Under the pieces are notes generated by a model, which was not told where the DNA came from, did no database searches, and was given only the letters and a program-made list of their open reading frames with translations. 64,000 nt of DNA, taken from positions 5,956,110 through 6,020,109 of the forward strand of contig CM082584.2 of assembly GCA_040954595.2 (NCBI GenBank), in the 5' to 3' direction. Positions 15,001-30,200 of this stretch are shown here, in pieces. The position numbers and the translations under genes were made by a program. The number at the start of each line of letters is the position of its first letter. The stretch's first letter is position 1. Source of the stretch: Balanoglossus misakiensis. Lineage: Eukaryota > Animalia > Hemichordata.

Positions 15001-18000
15001 GGCTCGAGAGAGAAAAAATAACCAACATAGATTGTGTGTACGTGTAGATATGTAGATACATGCAGATGAGTCTCGATCCAACCCAAGAAACTCACCCGAC
15101 CGTTAAATTGAAGCGGGCAAGCTCGAACATAACTCTCCCGGGCGACAGTTCACATGTGACTTGTGACATTTCAAAGCTTACTAGTAAGTGCATTAGAATA
15201 GATATTTCTAGAACTAGGGACACGTTTTCCTACATTTATTTTCTTGACACTTTGCATTGCGTCAGTCATGTTTTGCACAGGAATGCTTTCAAATCACTCG
15301 AACATGCCACGAAGTTGATATCCAGAGTTTAGTAGTCTTTTCATATCATATAAGAAGCAAATATTTGGTAAACACATTTGTGTGTCCAGTTTGAATGAAA
15401 ATTGTCATTTCAAATCTATAATAATGTTTTATCGATGTTTTGTTAATCCAGAGGAATATGTTATTGCTGGCAAGACAGCTAACGATTCTACACCAATTAC
15501 TGTCTGCCAAATATACGTTCAAGCCAAATTCTTAAAATATTCGAATTTGTTGAAATTATTGCTCTGTTGAAATCGCGATTAAATATATGATGTCAGTGAA
15601 TCAACGGAGCGCCCCAATAATTTAAAATGTATGCTCAAAAGCATTAAAAGTGTTTGCGTAGGTTTATTCCCCCATGGTCTGTTTAATTGGAAAAATAGAC
15701 TTGCCCCGTTGACTATCAGAAACCACGCCTATAGAAAAGTCATGAAAATATCATAATGATAGTTCGAACTCTAAATGTATGTCAACGAGCGTATTGTTGA
15801 GTTTACGAGCGACTGGAACGCTGGTCGATTGGAAACAGGTCACGTTTATTCGGAAATTACTTTAAAGAACATGTTTATTTAAAGACATTAAAGAAGTCGT
15901 ATATTCACACGTGTCACATGAAGTATTGAAAAGAGGCGGGGTGGCCGTGTTTCCTTGTGTCATTATTTGACTTTTGAATCTCTGTTGAGAATTCAATGTG
16001 AAGTTTTAGATGACTTCAGATTATGGGTCCATTTTACTTGCGTGTCAGTAGCGATCGTAATGCAGCGATCGTAAAGTTTAAGCGAGAAGAAATTGTACAG
16101 TAAATGTGATCGCGTACCGTTCATTAGTCTCAGAACGCACACTTCTAGTTGACATTTGCACTGTTTGACAGTTACACGCTGGACTCATGTGAACGCACAT
16201 GAGTATAATTATCAGTGTAAAAGTCTCGCACATAATCGATCTGAAAGGCCGTTTTCATCTACCTCCTACCTCATAAGCAAATGTGAGCAGTATACCTTAA
16301 GGATTGCAGCCATCACTGATTTTATCGTGTTCAGGTTTACACAGTATCAACCCTACAGTTAAGCCACACAATCTAGATAAGTAATGGTCACAGAATCTCT
16401 CTTCTGGAGTCTTTTCGAGGAATCTTTTTGGAAACCACGCGGACTTCCTGTGGCCACAAGCGGTTGAACATAGCAAAAGCCCAAACAGACATTAGTTTGC
16501 AATGACGAATTATTTGCTCAGGATACTGGAGTTTGACTTTACGTATTCCCGTTATTTCGAGTGATGTCACCACTTGGCTGGGGCAGCCTCATCCTCGTGT
16601 TAGCCTAACATAATCATACAGTATATTGAAATTACACACTCCCAGTAGTCGTAGACTCTGGTCTAAAGGTTAATTTAAAATATAATCTTGTTTACCAGGC
16701 GTGAAAACGGAACACACGGTGCAAGGTGAGTCACCGAGTTCTGTGCACTTTGTTGTATAGAATTGTAAAAAAATGTATTTGGAAATTATTATCCTCGGTG
16801 TAAAAAAACACGAACTGTTTCACATTATCCATGTAACATCACTGTGATGCTACCTTTAATTGCTACGCACATTCCCATAAGGGATATCCAGTTTAGCCGG
16901 GGTAGAGTTAAAAGAAGCAGGGTTACTATTATATATCATTTTGTAGGCCGGAGGGTTGGGGAGGGTCGTGATATTTACTGAAGGATTCGCGCGTAAAATT
17001 TCCCTTAAATTTGAGCCGTTCTTACACAATGTTCCGGTTTTCCGTGTCCTTTTGATCTTGATAATTTTTTTACCTTTAGGGAATGTGTTACCTGAATAAA
17101 AGGACCCATCTCTCCGCCCGATTAAAATCGAACAGTCCCTGATTGGGTTATTAATATCACTTTATATCCAATTACCTTGCGTTTGTCTCTAAGGATAAAT
17201 GGAAACATTTATGATTACATTGTAAAATGAATATACAAATATTTAAATGTGAGAAAATTAGCGACGAATATTAGCCATCACTCTCGTTACTAGATCAAAT
17301 TTCAAGAAACCAAACGAATTATCACATAGGTGAGAATGATGCATCATCAGGAGACGGTTCAGAGATTTCGGTGTGATTTAGAACGTGAAAAAATGTATTT
17401 TCTACATTTATGATATATTGCACAGTATTATGTTGATATCACGCGAGAGAATGCGAGATCAGGTCGTCATTTCAAACTTAGGCACTATATATAGGTGCTG
17501 ATCTAACGGCAATGTACCTCTACACCATTTATGCCGGAGTTAAACACTACTCAGGCTCCCGGGAGATATGGTGTATTACTCATGGGCAAATGAAGTCCCT
17601 GGGACCTGGGGACCCCTGAGGACACCCACGAGTAATACAAGGCAATTCTCTGGTGAGCCTCTCCGTCACGGTGTGCTAGTCTTCTGCGCTTTGACTTTCC
17701 TCATGCGTAGTTTGCTTTAGGGCCATCACAAGCAAAGTTGGATCATTTCAATTTCTGGTTACATTTATCATCACGAATCTGTGACAACAGTTATATGAAC
17801 TCTATTTTTCAATATGACTGAGCAACATTGTGTGTGAAAATGGCAATCGAGTCCTCTCCGTTGACCATTACGTAATGATATTTAATTCATTGCGACACCA
17901 GGCACGTCACGAGATGTAAAGTAAACGTATCATTTAGGAAACTGTTTTTTCAAAGCAATTTATCAAATTACTGTGGTTGATTGCACAGTGGAGTCTAAAT

Positions 18001-20691
18001 ATTTCGTTGGTTATATAGAATGAAGAACAAAATAAATTGCAGCGTTTTGCAGCGTGATAGCTCTAATTAGTCTGCGTGAATGGTATATTAATGTCTACTA
18101 AGGCATTCCTTTGTGATATGAAAATAGACTTTACAACGTCTGAAATACATTCTGTCGATTCTTGACGCGGTTCTTCCATACACTAAAAGGATCACACACA
18201 CAAGCGCCTTTCAAATCAATATCGTGTATTATACCCAATCCATTTTACGGAGGATATATTCTACTATCGACTCGAGAAAGATTTTACATTAAATATTTCT
18301 GTATTAAATTTAATTTGGATTATTCATCTAAATACAGAAGATTCCTATATTTGTTTTCTTTTCCATCTAGTATTCAGTAAAATTTTAAAACCATCGTATC
18401 CAAGTTATTTCCTACTCCTAGTTTGATGAGCAGAAGTGTGGAGTTTGCCTTTACCAGGTAATTCACGCCGCTAGCCTTTTATATTGTTGCGGCCTCTTAA
18501 TTAATCTATGTGACTTCTTTTGTGAGAGTCCTTTACATATTGAATTACGCTGAGGCAGTGTATCCATTTTACAATTTTTAAGTTTACAAAAACTTAATTT
18601 TCTAAAAGGTATAAATCGATTAAACTTAAAGAAATTTTCAGGCAGAGTTAAGTCAAACAAAGTCACAGTTTCTTCACACATATTATATCTCTGCTAAATT
18701 GAACAGTTGTGTTGACTATACCAGTACCCCTACGGCGACACAGAATGAGTCTGCGAATATAGATTATACACGGCGGAATAAAAGCAATCGCTGAATGAGC
18801 AATTTATTACGTGGTTGAAGTTAACTTTTTGCTGTACGGTAAAATCGGCTTGAAATAAACACAAAAAATGTTGCATTCATTACTGATAAGGACCATTGTA
18901 AAGGAATTCGCAAATGTGTGGCGCGTCTTTTCCTCTTGTCCACCTGACAAACGGTCACACACCATCTGCCGGAGTGCTTATTATTTTCATATGCAAGTAC
19001 ATGTATAAGGGGTTTGTGAAACGTCTTGCAGAGTTAACTTTTGTCGCAATATGGCAAACATTTCCCAAACTAAATTTGCCTTATGTAGCATAACACACCG
19101 CGGTGTGTTAGCCGAGTGACGACTTCTGCGATGCTTGTATTAACCACAGAATGATAGTTATAACTTTAAAACCTGTTCAGCTCCAAGCAATATCGATATA
19201 TTGACTTGCACCATTTAATTGACATCGTGCTACTTCTTCGGTCAGTTCTTTGTGCCAAGAATAATGTCAGCAACAATATTCTATGATCCACATAATTAAC
19301 GCCAAAATTCCAGCCTCAAAAATGCTGGAAATCGATAAGAAACCTCAGGGTTATCCCTTTACGAAGTACCGCGCTCGACGATAATCAGGAAACCCTTTCT
19401 GTATACACTCTTCATTAGCACTCCAGGATAAACAAATAGAACCATAGTACCTTTTATCCACTCCGGAGCGGTTAAGGTCATGAGGTAATTAAATACAAAC
19501 ATCTAATTACGGAAACGCATACATATTATTTTTGCTTGGCTGAGTATGAACGGAATCCGGTGCTTGTTTTGTATGCTTAGACGATATCATAAAGCACGTT
19601 GATCAATGACATTGCGCACACTGAAGGAATCAATGCATTCAGATAACATTTTCGCCGTCTCGTACGTTTACTCCCGGGGTTCACTCTCGCCGTCATGCAA
19701 ATTTTCCCCGTAGTCTCGTCTGATATTAAACATACTGTAATCATCACCATCACACATCATGGAATGCGTGTGTTTACCGGTTTGGGGTTCCCTGGCAGAT
19801 GGATCAAACTGTATCTATTGCCGTCTCTCCCAAATTTTAGTCTCGCTTTGTAGCACAAAGTTCCACGTTATGCATATTCACTTCAGTGTTTAGCTTCATT
19901 GTCGATTTGACACATATACTGTTTATATAGTACGTTATTTCCTCGATGGCAACAATAGATAGTTCCGGTAATGCTCTTTGTAACAAACGAATAGCTACCC
20001 TGGTGCGTACGAGTACATGTCAAATAGCTTTAGGCACAGAACATGTGTGCACCAGCTATAAGCCACATATCTCTTGTCATATAAACATTTCGATATAATC
20101 TTTGCTGGCTGTGTATTGTCAGTGACGATTAATTTATGCGAAGTTGGTGTTACTATTTTGCAATATTGTTGTGAATATGAAACCCTTTTTGACTAAACTG
20201 TTGAAATGTAGCACATATACACAAAATGATATTTTATTCGAAAATATTTTGATTCAATATTGCTTTTCCACACCTAAGATTCCATTGCAGTATATTTGCA
20301 TGTTTCTCTGTGTAAATAGTAACTGAGATATTCCTATACCCATATAAGGCAGACTGGTGTAAAATGTTTCACATTTCTCGCGCGAGGAGTCAGTAAACTC
20401 TAGACAGTATGAAATGAACGTCCCGGCATGAAAACAAAAGCAAATGTTCAAACCTAATTACAAAGCATTTGTGGTGATTAGTGTCGCCACGCTCTGAGGA
20501 AACCCACAAAACCAACAATTGGTTGATTGATTGCTTAGTTGATCGTTCAAGAAATTAATCCACCTCACATACATATCTTTAATGACAAGGATGTTGCTCT
20601 GGTACTTACCCAGCGAAAGATGCACAACTGTCAGAAAGTAGAAACTGCAGACGATGCAGAACCAATGCCAATATGGTCCTCCCTCGGCCAT
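1..20691 (-). CDS. Latrophilin-like adhesion GPCR (SP, partial EGF, C-type lectin, 2x SUEL/Gal-lectin, HormR, GAIN/GPS, 7TM); multi-exon, 3' part beyond left edge
   Basis: Phase-consistent exons in transcript order: 20610-20691 (signal peptide [28 protein letters not shown]), 12896-12973, [11194-11205 micro-exon], 10372-10554 and 9577-9840 (CTL: [25 protein letters not shown]....C....YFICE), 8200-8541 (SUEL1), 6374-6572 and 5995-6104 (SUEL2: [31 protein letters not shown]), 5680-5829 and 4144-4247 (HormR: YC..GIVW....CP...WNC...PDYSRC), 3123-3314, 2907-2975, 2537-2648, 2299-2448, 1598-1791 (GAIN), 1264-1313 and 778-901 (GPS: [27 protein letters not shown]), 1-71 (TM1 [17 protein letters not shown]). 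Confidence 0.93.
778..901 (-). CDS. aGPCR GPS exon with HL|T autoproteolysis site and Stachel peptide TNFAVLM
   Basis: Translates [42 protein letters not shown] between cag| and |gtgggt. Confidence 0.93.
11194..11205 (-). CDS. Candidate 12-nt micro-exon of the aGPCR (adds VTKR)
   Basis: ctatttattttacttcacgctccag|TGACAAAAAGAG|gtaagt; phase 1-1 and frame-preserving. Confidence 0.55.
13590..13621. repeat. (GTCC)n/(GTCT)n microsatellite, possibly within an interspersed element
   Basis: tccgtccgtccgtccgtctgtctgtctgtctg. Confidence 0.6.
17572..17639. repeat. Short inverted repeat / MITE-like hairpin
   Basis: tgtattactcatggg ... cccacgagtaataca, 14 of 15 positions complementary. Confidence 0.55.
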
Positions 20692-23600
20692 GTCTGTACA
20701 CGACGTTCCTACACGACCACTTACAATCCCCTTTTAGTCAGACCTAGTGTAGGCATAGAGGGACAGAAAAATGTAAGAATACGAATAGGAATAGGAATAC
20801 TAAAAAATCAAGCGACGATCTGTTCCTGGGAAAGATCCAGATGACAAAGTCATTCCATCATTCACAGAAAGAATACAGTGACACAAATAAAATGTAGGAT
20901 CGAAAAAAGTGAAGTCGATTTTCAGTAGTGTTTCACTTACATGCGCCAAATTTCACAACTCGAGGTTGTAATTACTTAGTTCAGATTATTGCCCGTGGAG
21001 CGTTGCTGCGCGACGTGTGTGCAGCGTAATACACAGCGTCCTTTGACGTGAAAACAGTTTCCAGCCGCTGCTTGCAACCACCGTAATGTTCAACTCATTA
21101 GCATATCAAAAGGATGACTGCGTATGTAAATCTCTGGGTAGTATACATTGTCAGTTGAACGCAGCGAGGGTGTAACCACAATAAAACTCCCCGATGTACA
21201 GGTTTTATTTCTTTCAATTGTTTGCTTGTTTGTTTGTTTGTTCAACATTCTGAGTATAATTCTGACGTCATACCGTCATATGGTCGTAAGCTATGTGTCC
21301 ATGCGGTATTTCCTTTCTTATAATATAAAGGAGTTTCTGTATTCTTTTTCCACAGAAGTATATTTAATGAATAGGCGCAGCTGTGTACCATGCAATGTTA
21401 TTGAGTTGGTTTCAAAATGCACGCTGTGTTATGGATGGTGATATATAAGGAAAAAAAACTAGCGGATCGTTTTCAATATGAATCCACAATTAACAAGTTC
21501 AGGTCAACAGTCTGTGTCAATTGAAAGGGCTCGCAGTCACGCAGACCAATGGAATTACAGTCTGTCGGTATTCATGTCACACCTCGACTGTTCCTGTCCT
21601 ATAACGGTTAGATCAACAGGCAACTGACGAACAAAATGTAAGATATCCGGACAGCCATGTTGAATATTTTGCCTCTACATTTTATCATTCGTTGTAATCG
21701 CAGAGTTATATGGAACGCATATTGAAATGCCACGTGTTGAAAGGGATATTCTTACAGTGTTTTCGACAGTTTGTGAAATACGCAATCCTCACGGACGAAG
21801 TGGATTTTGTGCACTGCTTCCGTATTCGCCTACCCACTCGTGCTCCATGGCCGATACTTCGATATGTCTGATCAGATTTCACTCAAAATTTTCATAAGAC
21901 CACTATTCTTACTTTTGTTGTTGAGTCTGCGTTACACATTTGAGGCCATAATCAATCATTGGTTCAAGATATTGCGCAATGTCCTTGCTATGCGTCTCAC
22001 ACTTGTTACATGTATTTTACAGACGTTTCATGTGCGTTTTACTGGTGGCCTTTAATGCAGCAAAGATTATTATTATTTTACAAACACTCAAAAATCTAAT
22101 TTATACTATTTATTTAAAACGGTATTATTTTAGGTAATCTTTCATTGTGGCATTGCCAGCAGCGTATAACTGGAGTTATTTTGCAATTCAATTAATTTCA
22201 ACTTTATTCGTCCCTATTGAATTTCACTCTGGAGTTTTTATGTTATAAGACCACCAATTTTCTACAGTGAATTTATTTTTATCGCGCTTCTGAACATTTA
22301 CTTCTTTTTCATTCCTTGCCATAAAAAATCAGTCATTATAACAAAATAGTGAAGGTGACAGATGACATACCTGACGATGGATCTCAACCGAAAAACCGTC
22401 CGCGCAGAATTCGTTATTGTAGCCTTAATGGCATTTTACCGGAATTCCGAACAATTTCGTCTTCACTTAAAGTTGCAACGGCATCTCTCAATTATAGCTT
22501 TAATTGACAACAATCGTCAGCCGCGCGAATGAAATTTATGTATAGAATTGCGAACATTAATGGATCGCTGGAAACGGCACGAAGAATGCAGCCCAGATAT
22601 TCATTAAATTTTCCGCAAGAGCCATTGAGACTCCACGGGCAGAAAACATCCAGTCGATAAAGTTTGCCATTGAAGTGAGGAGGAAGCTGGTGTAACTGAT
22701 ACGTGGCGATGAAAAGGGTTGCGCATCGTACCAGTACGAAACACAATTAAACACTCACTTAGTTATTTTAGTAGTAAGCCTACTTCGAGTATTTGACAAT
22801 GTTTATATATGCCCACGCCATCCTCGTGTGCAATGAATCTGATGAAACAAAACCTATGAAAGACACATAGCAAGTGCCTCTTCTATGAACGCTCGTCATT
22901 TCAAAAGATAATCTGGCAAAACATGCATTAGCTACTCAAATATGTTTATGTAGTGTAGCTAATCCTTGATAGATTAAAACTATTACCACTCAGCGAGCAA
23001 TCGTCTAATGCCTGCGAAAAAGTTTACTTTACTGTGTAATGTACTACTAGATACATGTACATTTTCAATTTTAAACGAATGGTTGCCATTAAGAAGCACC
23101 GCAAATAAAATGTTGTACGCAAACACGAGAATTATTCCAATTATACTTAACCATTTAGCACACGTATTTTAATTATAAATTTTGCAATATGTGAATTATA
23201 TTAATCAAGAGCTATGTGTCACATTTTCTAAGCAGGATGAGGCTATTCACGATTCACTATATTATCTTGAATACTCTTGTCAATCGTTAACAGTAACTGA
23301 AACTTTATGTGGACACAATTAACATAATTTATATGATGGGGTAGTAAATGAAAATATTTGAAAGTTCTCCCTTGCCATCAATATTCCTTCCTGCGATGAT
23401 ATAATTAACATAAATGTTATTTTATGTCTTCAGAATTTACAGGTTCGTAAATTTCTATAACGGCAAAACTGTAAAGGTGTTCAGCTTGAGGAAGTAATTG
23501 GGGTGTTTATTATCTCACGTTGAACTTAAATTACTGTGACAAATCGCGCAAAGCTATATAATAGGTTAAAGTTCTTGCAGCCGTTTGAAATATCAACGAT

Positions 23601-23959
23601 CACTACAAAGATCGGCCGGCGCCCTTCTCTTGGGTTTAAAATAGAATCGGATAGAACTTTCTTAAAAGGTAAACCAGGAATTGGCACATCTTCTAGCGGC
23701 GTCGAAGTATCAATTAAGCAGAGTTGAGAACACACATGCAAGAAGCATGAGCAAGACAATACATAAAACCACTTGCTATATCTTAGTCAAGATACTGGAA
23801 GTAGGCGGCCACACTCTAGACATATTTCATCAAAGCCGTCTGTCTTAGTATAGTGCGTTGTACTTGTCTACCAGTCATGATACAATGTCGTGCCGAATAA
23901 AGCGTAACAATGTAGCAAACAGTGCAGTTTTGTATTATGGTAAGCATGATGTATACATT

Positions 23960-24215
23960 TACGGGAGAGGTCGTGTGTCTCCCAGCTGCAAAACCAGTAT
24001 ATGAAGTGCATACTTTTGCACAAAGAATAGGCTGCCACGTGAACATGTTTACCCCGTAGCCTATAACGAGTGTGCAATTTTTGATGACTATCCAGTAGCA
24101 CAAGGCAGCTGATTCTGTAGTTCCTGTAATCTCCAATTTGGGAGGATAAATCATCTATGGGGAGATAACCGCTGAATAAAATATGACGGTTGAAAGATGG
24201 TATCTCGTGTCCATT
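23960..24215 (-). mobile_element. Degenerate Penelope-like retroelement reverse-transcriptase fragment
   Basis: Frameshifted pieces IYPPKLEITGTTESAA, LDSHQKLHTRY and QPILCAKVCTSYTGF resemble, in order, the PLE RT C-terminal motifs IYPxELEIKDTTES, GxLxTxLY and QLIRYARACSxYxDF (recalled, not aligned). Confidence 0.65.
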
Positions 24216-27200
24216 CTGTTCCACATGTTACCTCAGTGCTACTTGCAATTACATGAAAGTACACTGCGGCGACGTGTAAAAGACGCTTATGTGTACTGGA
24301 GCATTCTGAATTATTCACAAGAAACGAGACCTTTCCACAGGGTACAGCTGATCCTGTCCGTAAGACTTCTTTTTGATGATGTCGGACTTTCTTTAAGGTT
24401 TTCTTTTATCTAAATTAACTGCTGTGAGTGTTTGTCGCCGTCATCCAAATAAGGTCAAATTAATTGAAATGAGGTTGCGGCTCGCTACAAAGCTGATGGC
24501 GAAACGTTTTTCATGCGAATACAAATCTTGCTGCAACAGTCCTGCCTGCGCAGTTATATAACTCTGCCACTGAAAACGGATTAAATTCCACCGTTAAAGA
24601 TATCAGCATTTTCGTCAAATACACCAAACAGTATCCGAAAAATAGGGTACTTTGCTAATTTTCCGGCCTGCCAGAATATGCAGCTGAGCTTATAGCTATT
24701 CCTTGACATAATTAGAATCTTGCGGTTTTGTTGTCACTTAAAGGTTGTGGTGTCAATCTCACCCAATTTTTATCTTATATACAATTAGTAACGTTATGAG
24801 CAAATTTTCATAGAGGTTCTTCCAACATGATAATCGTGGAAGACGATCAAGCGTAAATGGCCTCAAACGACTCATTAGATGTGCATTAGTAATGCTATGA
24901 ATTCTTCACTTCATCCTCTTTGAGATATTGTCGAAATATTTTAACAGCATTGATAGTTACAGAAAGCCATGGTACCAGTCACGACTGATTATTTGCCTTG
25001 CATTTGTTTTCAAATGCAAAATTTTATTTTTCCATTTTCAGTTTGCTTCACTTTGCCAATATTTTCGTGTAATTGCAAGTGCCATTTTGCGGATGAATGT
25101 TATTGATGGTATTTGTTTGACTCTTGTAGTCAATAATATCGAAAATGTGAAGTAGATGATGCCCAGTCTGTGTTTACAGGTGGGTGAATCTAGAGGTAAT
25201 ACCTGGGGCCAGAATCGTTCTTTCGGGAAAATGCCATCGATGCGTGTTACCTAAATGTCAAGTTAAAAGTAAACGCTGCCTCATGAGAATATAAAATAAC
25301 TCGGCATGTACGGGATCAAAATTAGATCCGCGGGGGTTCCTCATTTCCTGGAAAAAATGTATACCCTCAAAAGTGAACCGCGAAATGTTTTGCCGTTAAG
25401 AATGTCAAGCATATTGATAATACTAGTATCTTTTTCTGTTGTAAATTTTAATTATTAATACATATTGACCGAGCGTTTTGTCAGGTCTTGCAATCCTTCC
25501 TCCACCAAGACATCAAATTTGTAAATTTGTAATCGACTCGATAATTAGATAAATTAATTACAAAGGGAAGTATACATTAACCCTGAGGTGCGTTTCATCA
25601 ATGGAAAATTACTTGAAGTGTTGCATACACTCTCGCGGTAAACGAGAAGCCATCGAAGGAAAACTGACTCTCAATTAGACACTTTAACGCATATCCTTAA
25701 GAAATGTTCACTTTCAAATTAAGTTAGATACACGGCGCCTGTTTGACGGAGCGTGCGGACAACATGAAGCGTTTTTGATTAAACTTGGTGAATGCCATCT
25801 CTTTCATTAGTCAACTGAGACGGTGACATTCAAGACTAGTTTTTTTGGAAGATAACCCTGGCCTGCTCAGGTGTTGCCACGGGACCACCCGAGGTTTATT
25901 CAAATAGGCCGCTGTCCGAACTCCACGAGGTCCTGCGAGATCTCGCGTGGTTAGGCAGTTTGTATGGGAGGATATTCTAACGTGACACAGGACAAACAAC
26001 GCATGGCCCATCGTGTTTAACGACACAAAAAGTTAAATTGTTTTGTTAAACTTTGCACCTATTTTGTTTCACACGAATGGTGAATTGTATTACTTGGCCA
26101 GCAACCCATTGCTACTGTAATTGATCAAATCTCACGAGATCCGGCAAAATTATATATTGCGTCATTTGCATCCAGTGACTGTATATAGTCTTCACGCGAA
26201 TTTTCTTTCAACATATCGTCGCTAATGTTTGCTGTACATATAAGGATTATGGTTGATGTTTTGTGGTTAGAGACAAGTCTCCTGCGGATTCGAATGGAAC
26301 GCAAATATTAATATATGATATTTATGGCCGGGGTGTTATAGATCCTCATACAAATGCAACATAAGTTACATGCTATATTAGATTCACCTACGTAATTTCA
26401 AGCGTAAACCTTTATTCGGTTAACGGTGAAAAGTGTTAATTGCTAATTAACATCGCCTGATGCAGCTGCACTCCCGGGGTCACTCTGGATGCCGTAACCG
26501 GTACACAGAACACCAGTTTGGGGAATCAGCATTCTATTACGAATTAGAAGTGTTTAGTGTTTTCCTGTAGAGGATTGGGCGATAATCCGCTTAGAGAGGC
26601 AGCTATACGCGTAAAGTGAGCAACTCGAAAACACCGTAACAGTTTGTGTAAGCCCAACGCAGTAATTAGGGATTTTTTCCCCCGAGTGTAATCCCAAATG
26701 ACGCCGAACGAACGTTGATCAGGTGAGAGAGGATTTAGCGAGACGTTTACAAAGCACGCTAAATATCCGTCAAAAGTTTAATGATGTCACAAGGACACCG
26801 CAAAAGTTGTGACGTGAATATTGATTATTCACACTTTGAAGTTATGTCACTTAATATTCATGTATTTCAATAGTGGCCACTTAGATTTTTAACAACGGAC
26901 ACTGAGGCAAGGTGCAAGCTGTGACGTAATCACTTATCCTATAGCTTGAATACTTTAATCTTGAACTAGAGATTCATATCTGAGCTCCCGCGTTGTCTTC
27001 GACGAGAAATGTGGCATTGAAAAATTATCGTGCACGTAAACATGCAGTGCTCGTAGCTACATTTGAAAGTTCAACCAATTTTCATTCGTTTTACTTTACC
27101 ATGGAAACACCATATAATGCTAATACACACTGAAAGTACAGGCAGTCTTGAAAATCCATTTAGTAATATCCTTACCTGGAAGCGAAAAGACAGATCCCTG

Positions 27201-30200
27201 CACGGGATATTATCTGCCATGTTGTCCAAAAATCATGGCATGAGTTGCCCACTTCAAAGTATCCTTGACTTGCCGGCGGTTACAGTCCCTCTAATAGATC
27301 AATGGCGCCGATGTATCAGAAGAGGCACGGTGATTTCGTATTACTTAAATTGACATTGATTGTTTCTGATTTGGGAAAGGAAAACAGATGACCGGATATC
27401 CCCATGTGGAGTGCATGGTATTTGGTGCATATTCAGTTAAATTATTGTTACCTCTGGCAGGAATGGAGTTTATCTTGATGGAATGGTATTCCGACCCACC
27501 AAGGCAAATTTATGGCACCCAATACGTATCCTTTGTTCTTCATATTGCGTAACTGATATATTGTAAAATAGTTTATTGCGTTTCCGATTTCAAAATAAAG
27601 TACATTGTTAAATGATTGATATTTGTTTCCTTAAACTCTTAGTTTTTGGTGATCAAATAATACCAAGCGGCGTGTGTTGTTAAGAACAGGTAATCGCTTT
27701 TTGTAACAGTCAAATGCTGATACTTGACTGATTGCGTCATCATTACGTCATTCCTTGAGTGGGAAACGTGAAACATAATACTACGAACCAATTATCTTGT
27801 TAGTTTTAAAGCCAATGCAGGAGAGGGCAGGAAAATACGGCCGCAATCCAAGAAATTAACAGCTCCACTCATGGGTAGCACTGGGTTGATGTTCCGTGTT
27901 ATTTGTTCGCACACGTATCTCTAGTTTCAGCAACCAACACAAACCGCTCCGAATCACTAAGTCAACACAGCTGTTTGAATATGGAGCTTAATTCTATTAA
28001 ACTAATGTATGCAGAGCACGCTGCGGCTATGAAGTTAATTCAGTGATTCCCTGGGGCGGAATGAAATCAGAAACACGAAATGGTCTTTCAACACCCAATA
28101 ACAGGCCCAATCTAAAGATAATGGGAATATCGGTGAAATATTTCTGGTGTATTCTCAAAAGCAGCCCTCGTCTTTAATGTTATTAGTTCTCAAGTAAATT
28201 GCAATGATGTTTCGAGGTGACTAGATTTCGCTTGCTGTACGCGTTTGATATATAATAATCAGGTTAGTTTTAAGGTATAGGGTGTTTTCCATGCCCGACC
28301 TTTCTCTGTGTTCGTTTGTATGCGCGTGGCAGTCGATGTGAAAAGTTAGCTGCTCTGTTGCCAGTGTTTCCTAGAGTGATTGGTAATTACCACCGAAACG
28401 AAGGTGATCGAGTGGGCCATGTCTATCCATTTACATTCGGAGGTTGTAAATTATCTGAAAGAGGTTTGCTTTTGCGTCGATAACGAATTCAGTGTGAAGG
28501 TGAGATAGTAGCATAGCGTTTTATCAGTACCTCTCGTAGGCGCATCACCGTCACGCTGTGGTCATCATTTTTCACAGCACGTCCGAAGACAGTCGTCAAT
28601 ACGTTACCGTCTCGAGTAAATTAAACAAACACCCTGTTATGTTCGGAACGAGGATTCATCCGCGCACAGATTCCAAATGGCGATATTGCGCGAACCTCAA
28701 TTCTCCTTGTCAGCAAGGCATCCATTATCGAATGAGAAATGTCAACTGATCGTCGATGTCACACTTCCCCGAGATTCATGCAGTTCACACGACACCTATA
28801 TCTGAGAGTAAATGCACCATCTTGAGTCCGTTGTTGAACGTCATGCGTACCGTATCCTGATCCATTTGTGGCGGGATTGCCAAGCAGAAAATGGCGGTTT
28901 CAAGTTGAGATCTTGCATGTTACTTTTTCACATTTGGCAAATTTTACTTCCAATGATTAGCTGAACTGATAATTGTTAATTAAACCCGTCCACAGCCGTG
29001 TAAGTCAGAGTTGACGCTGAGAATTTACTTACTGTATAATTTCGCGTCATGGAAGCCATGATGACGATGCCGCTGGTATGATTATAGGAAGATTACACGT
29101 TATTGAGTTTGGTAATGGCGATAATGGCAGAGGCAATTTCATGGTCAATTACCAAGTTACAATAATGGTAATGGCGATTTTCAGTGCTGTGTGGCGGAAT
29201 AAAAATTACATCTTATTAGTGACCAAATGCTGTGGTGGCGATATAAGCTGTCTGCGCCGGAAGACGTGTGAGTCGACGACGAAGAGAATAGTGATTTGAT
29301 GATACTGCAGTTTGTGACAAGTTGAAAATCTTGATAACGGTGATTGGGGTCAGACGGGTGTGGCTCTTGCATTAATAAAATCAAGAAGTCGCAGGTGAAG
29401 GGCGGATACAACAGAGCAAAGAAGATTCGTATGCATTATGTAGGCCTGACTAACTATAGTCACACTAAGGGCATACGAATGTCACACACTTCGCCTAACA
29501 GAACATCTCAGCCTATTAACTGGTATAAAATGCATGTTTACTTCGGGCAAGTTACCTATACGTGAATGTTGATGATCCACCGCCGAAGGCTCATGTAAAA
29601 TCAAGATCCTTGGCTATCGGTACGATGTTTTGTGTTGAGTGCCTTGCCCTGAAATTGCGTCGTTAAATAATGCCTATGAATCTGAAAAGGATACATGTAT
29701 TACAACAATACATACACCACGGTTTAGGTTAAACACCTAACTATACAGGCACAACCTTAAAACACGCCAGTGCCTAATATTATCCAAAGATCCCTTACAG
29801 TATATATGAGACATCTGGTTTAGCCTATCATAGACGGGAGTACGGCCTGTCGTCGGCGTTCCAAATAGGTCGCTATAGTATTATGTAATTACGTCAGGGA
29901 ATTTATCTTGATATTCAACAGTCTGTCTCGTCGTAGATGTCACCACGATATTGTCACAAAATTAAGCTGTCTTCCCATCATTTCGTTAATAGCAAAAAGG
30001 AAGAAAAATGAGCCATGCGTCACGTTTTGTAAAGAACAAACGTAAACGAAAAATGTTGTTTCGCTTGGCCAAGGGTTTTTGTTGTCTTTGAAGCCTTCCA
30101 TACTGTAAGTTACGTATGTGCGTTGTGTGATGCATCATATTTAAATAGTCTACCCCAGTTACATTAACAGCTCCATTATTATTTGTAGACACATGATTTC

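Noticed and set aside
16696-16740. Possible 45-nt phase 1-1 aGPCR exon ([15 protein letters not shown])
   Set aside because: Weak acceptor and donor, no recognisable domain.
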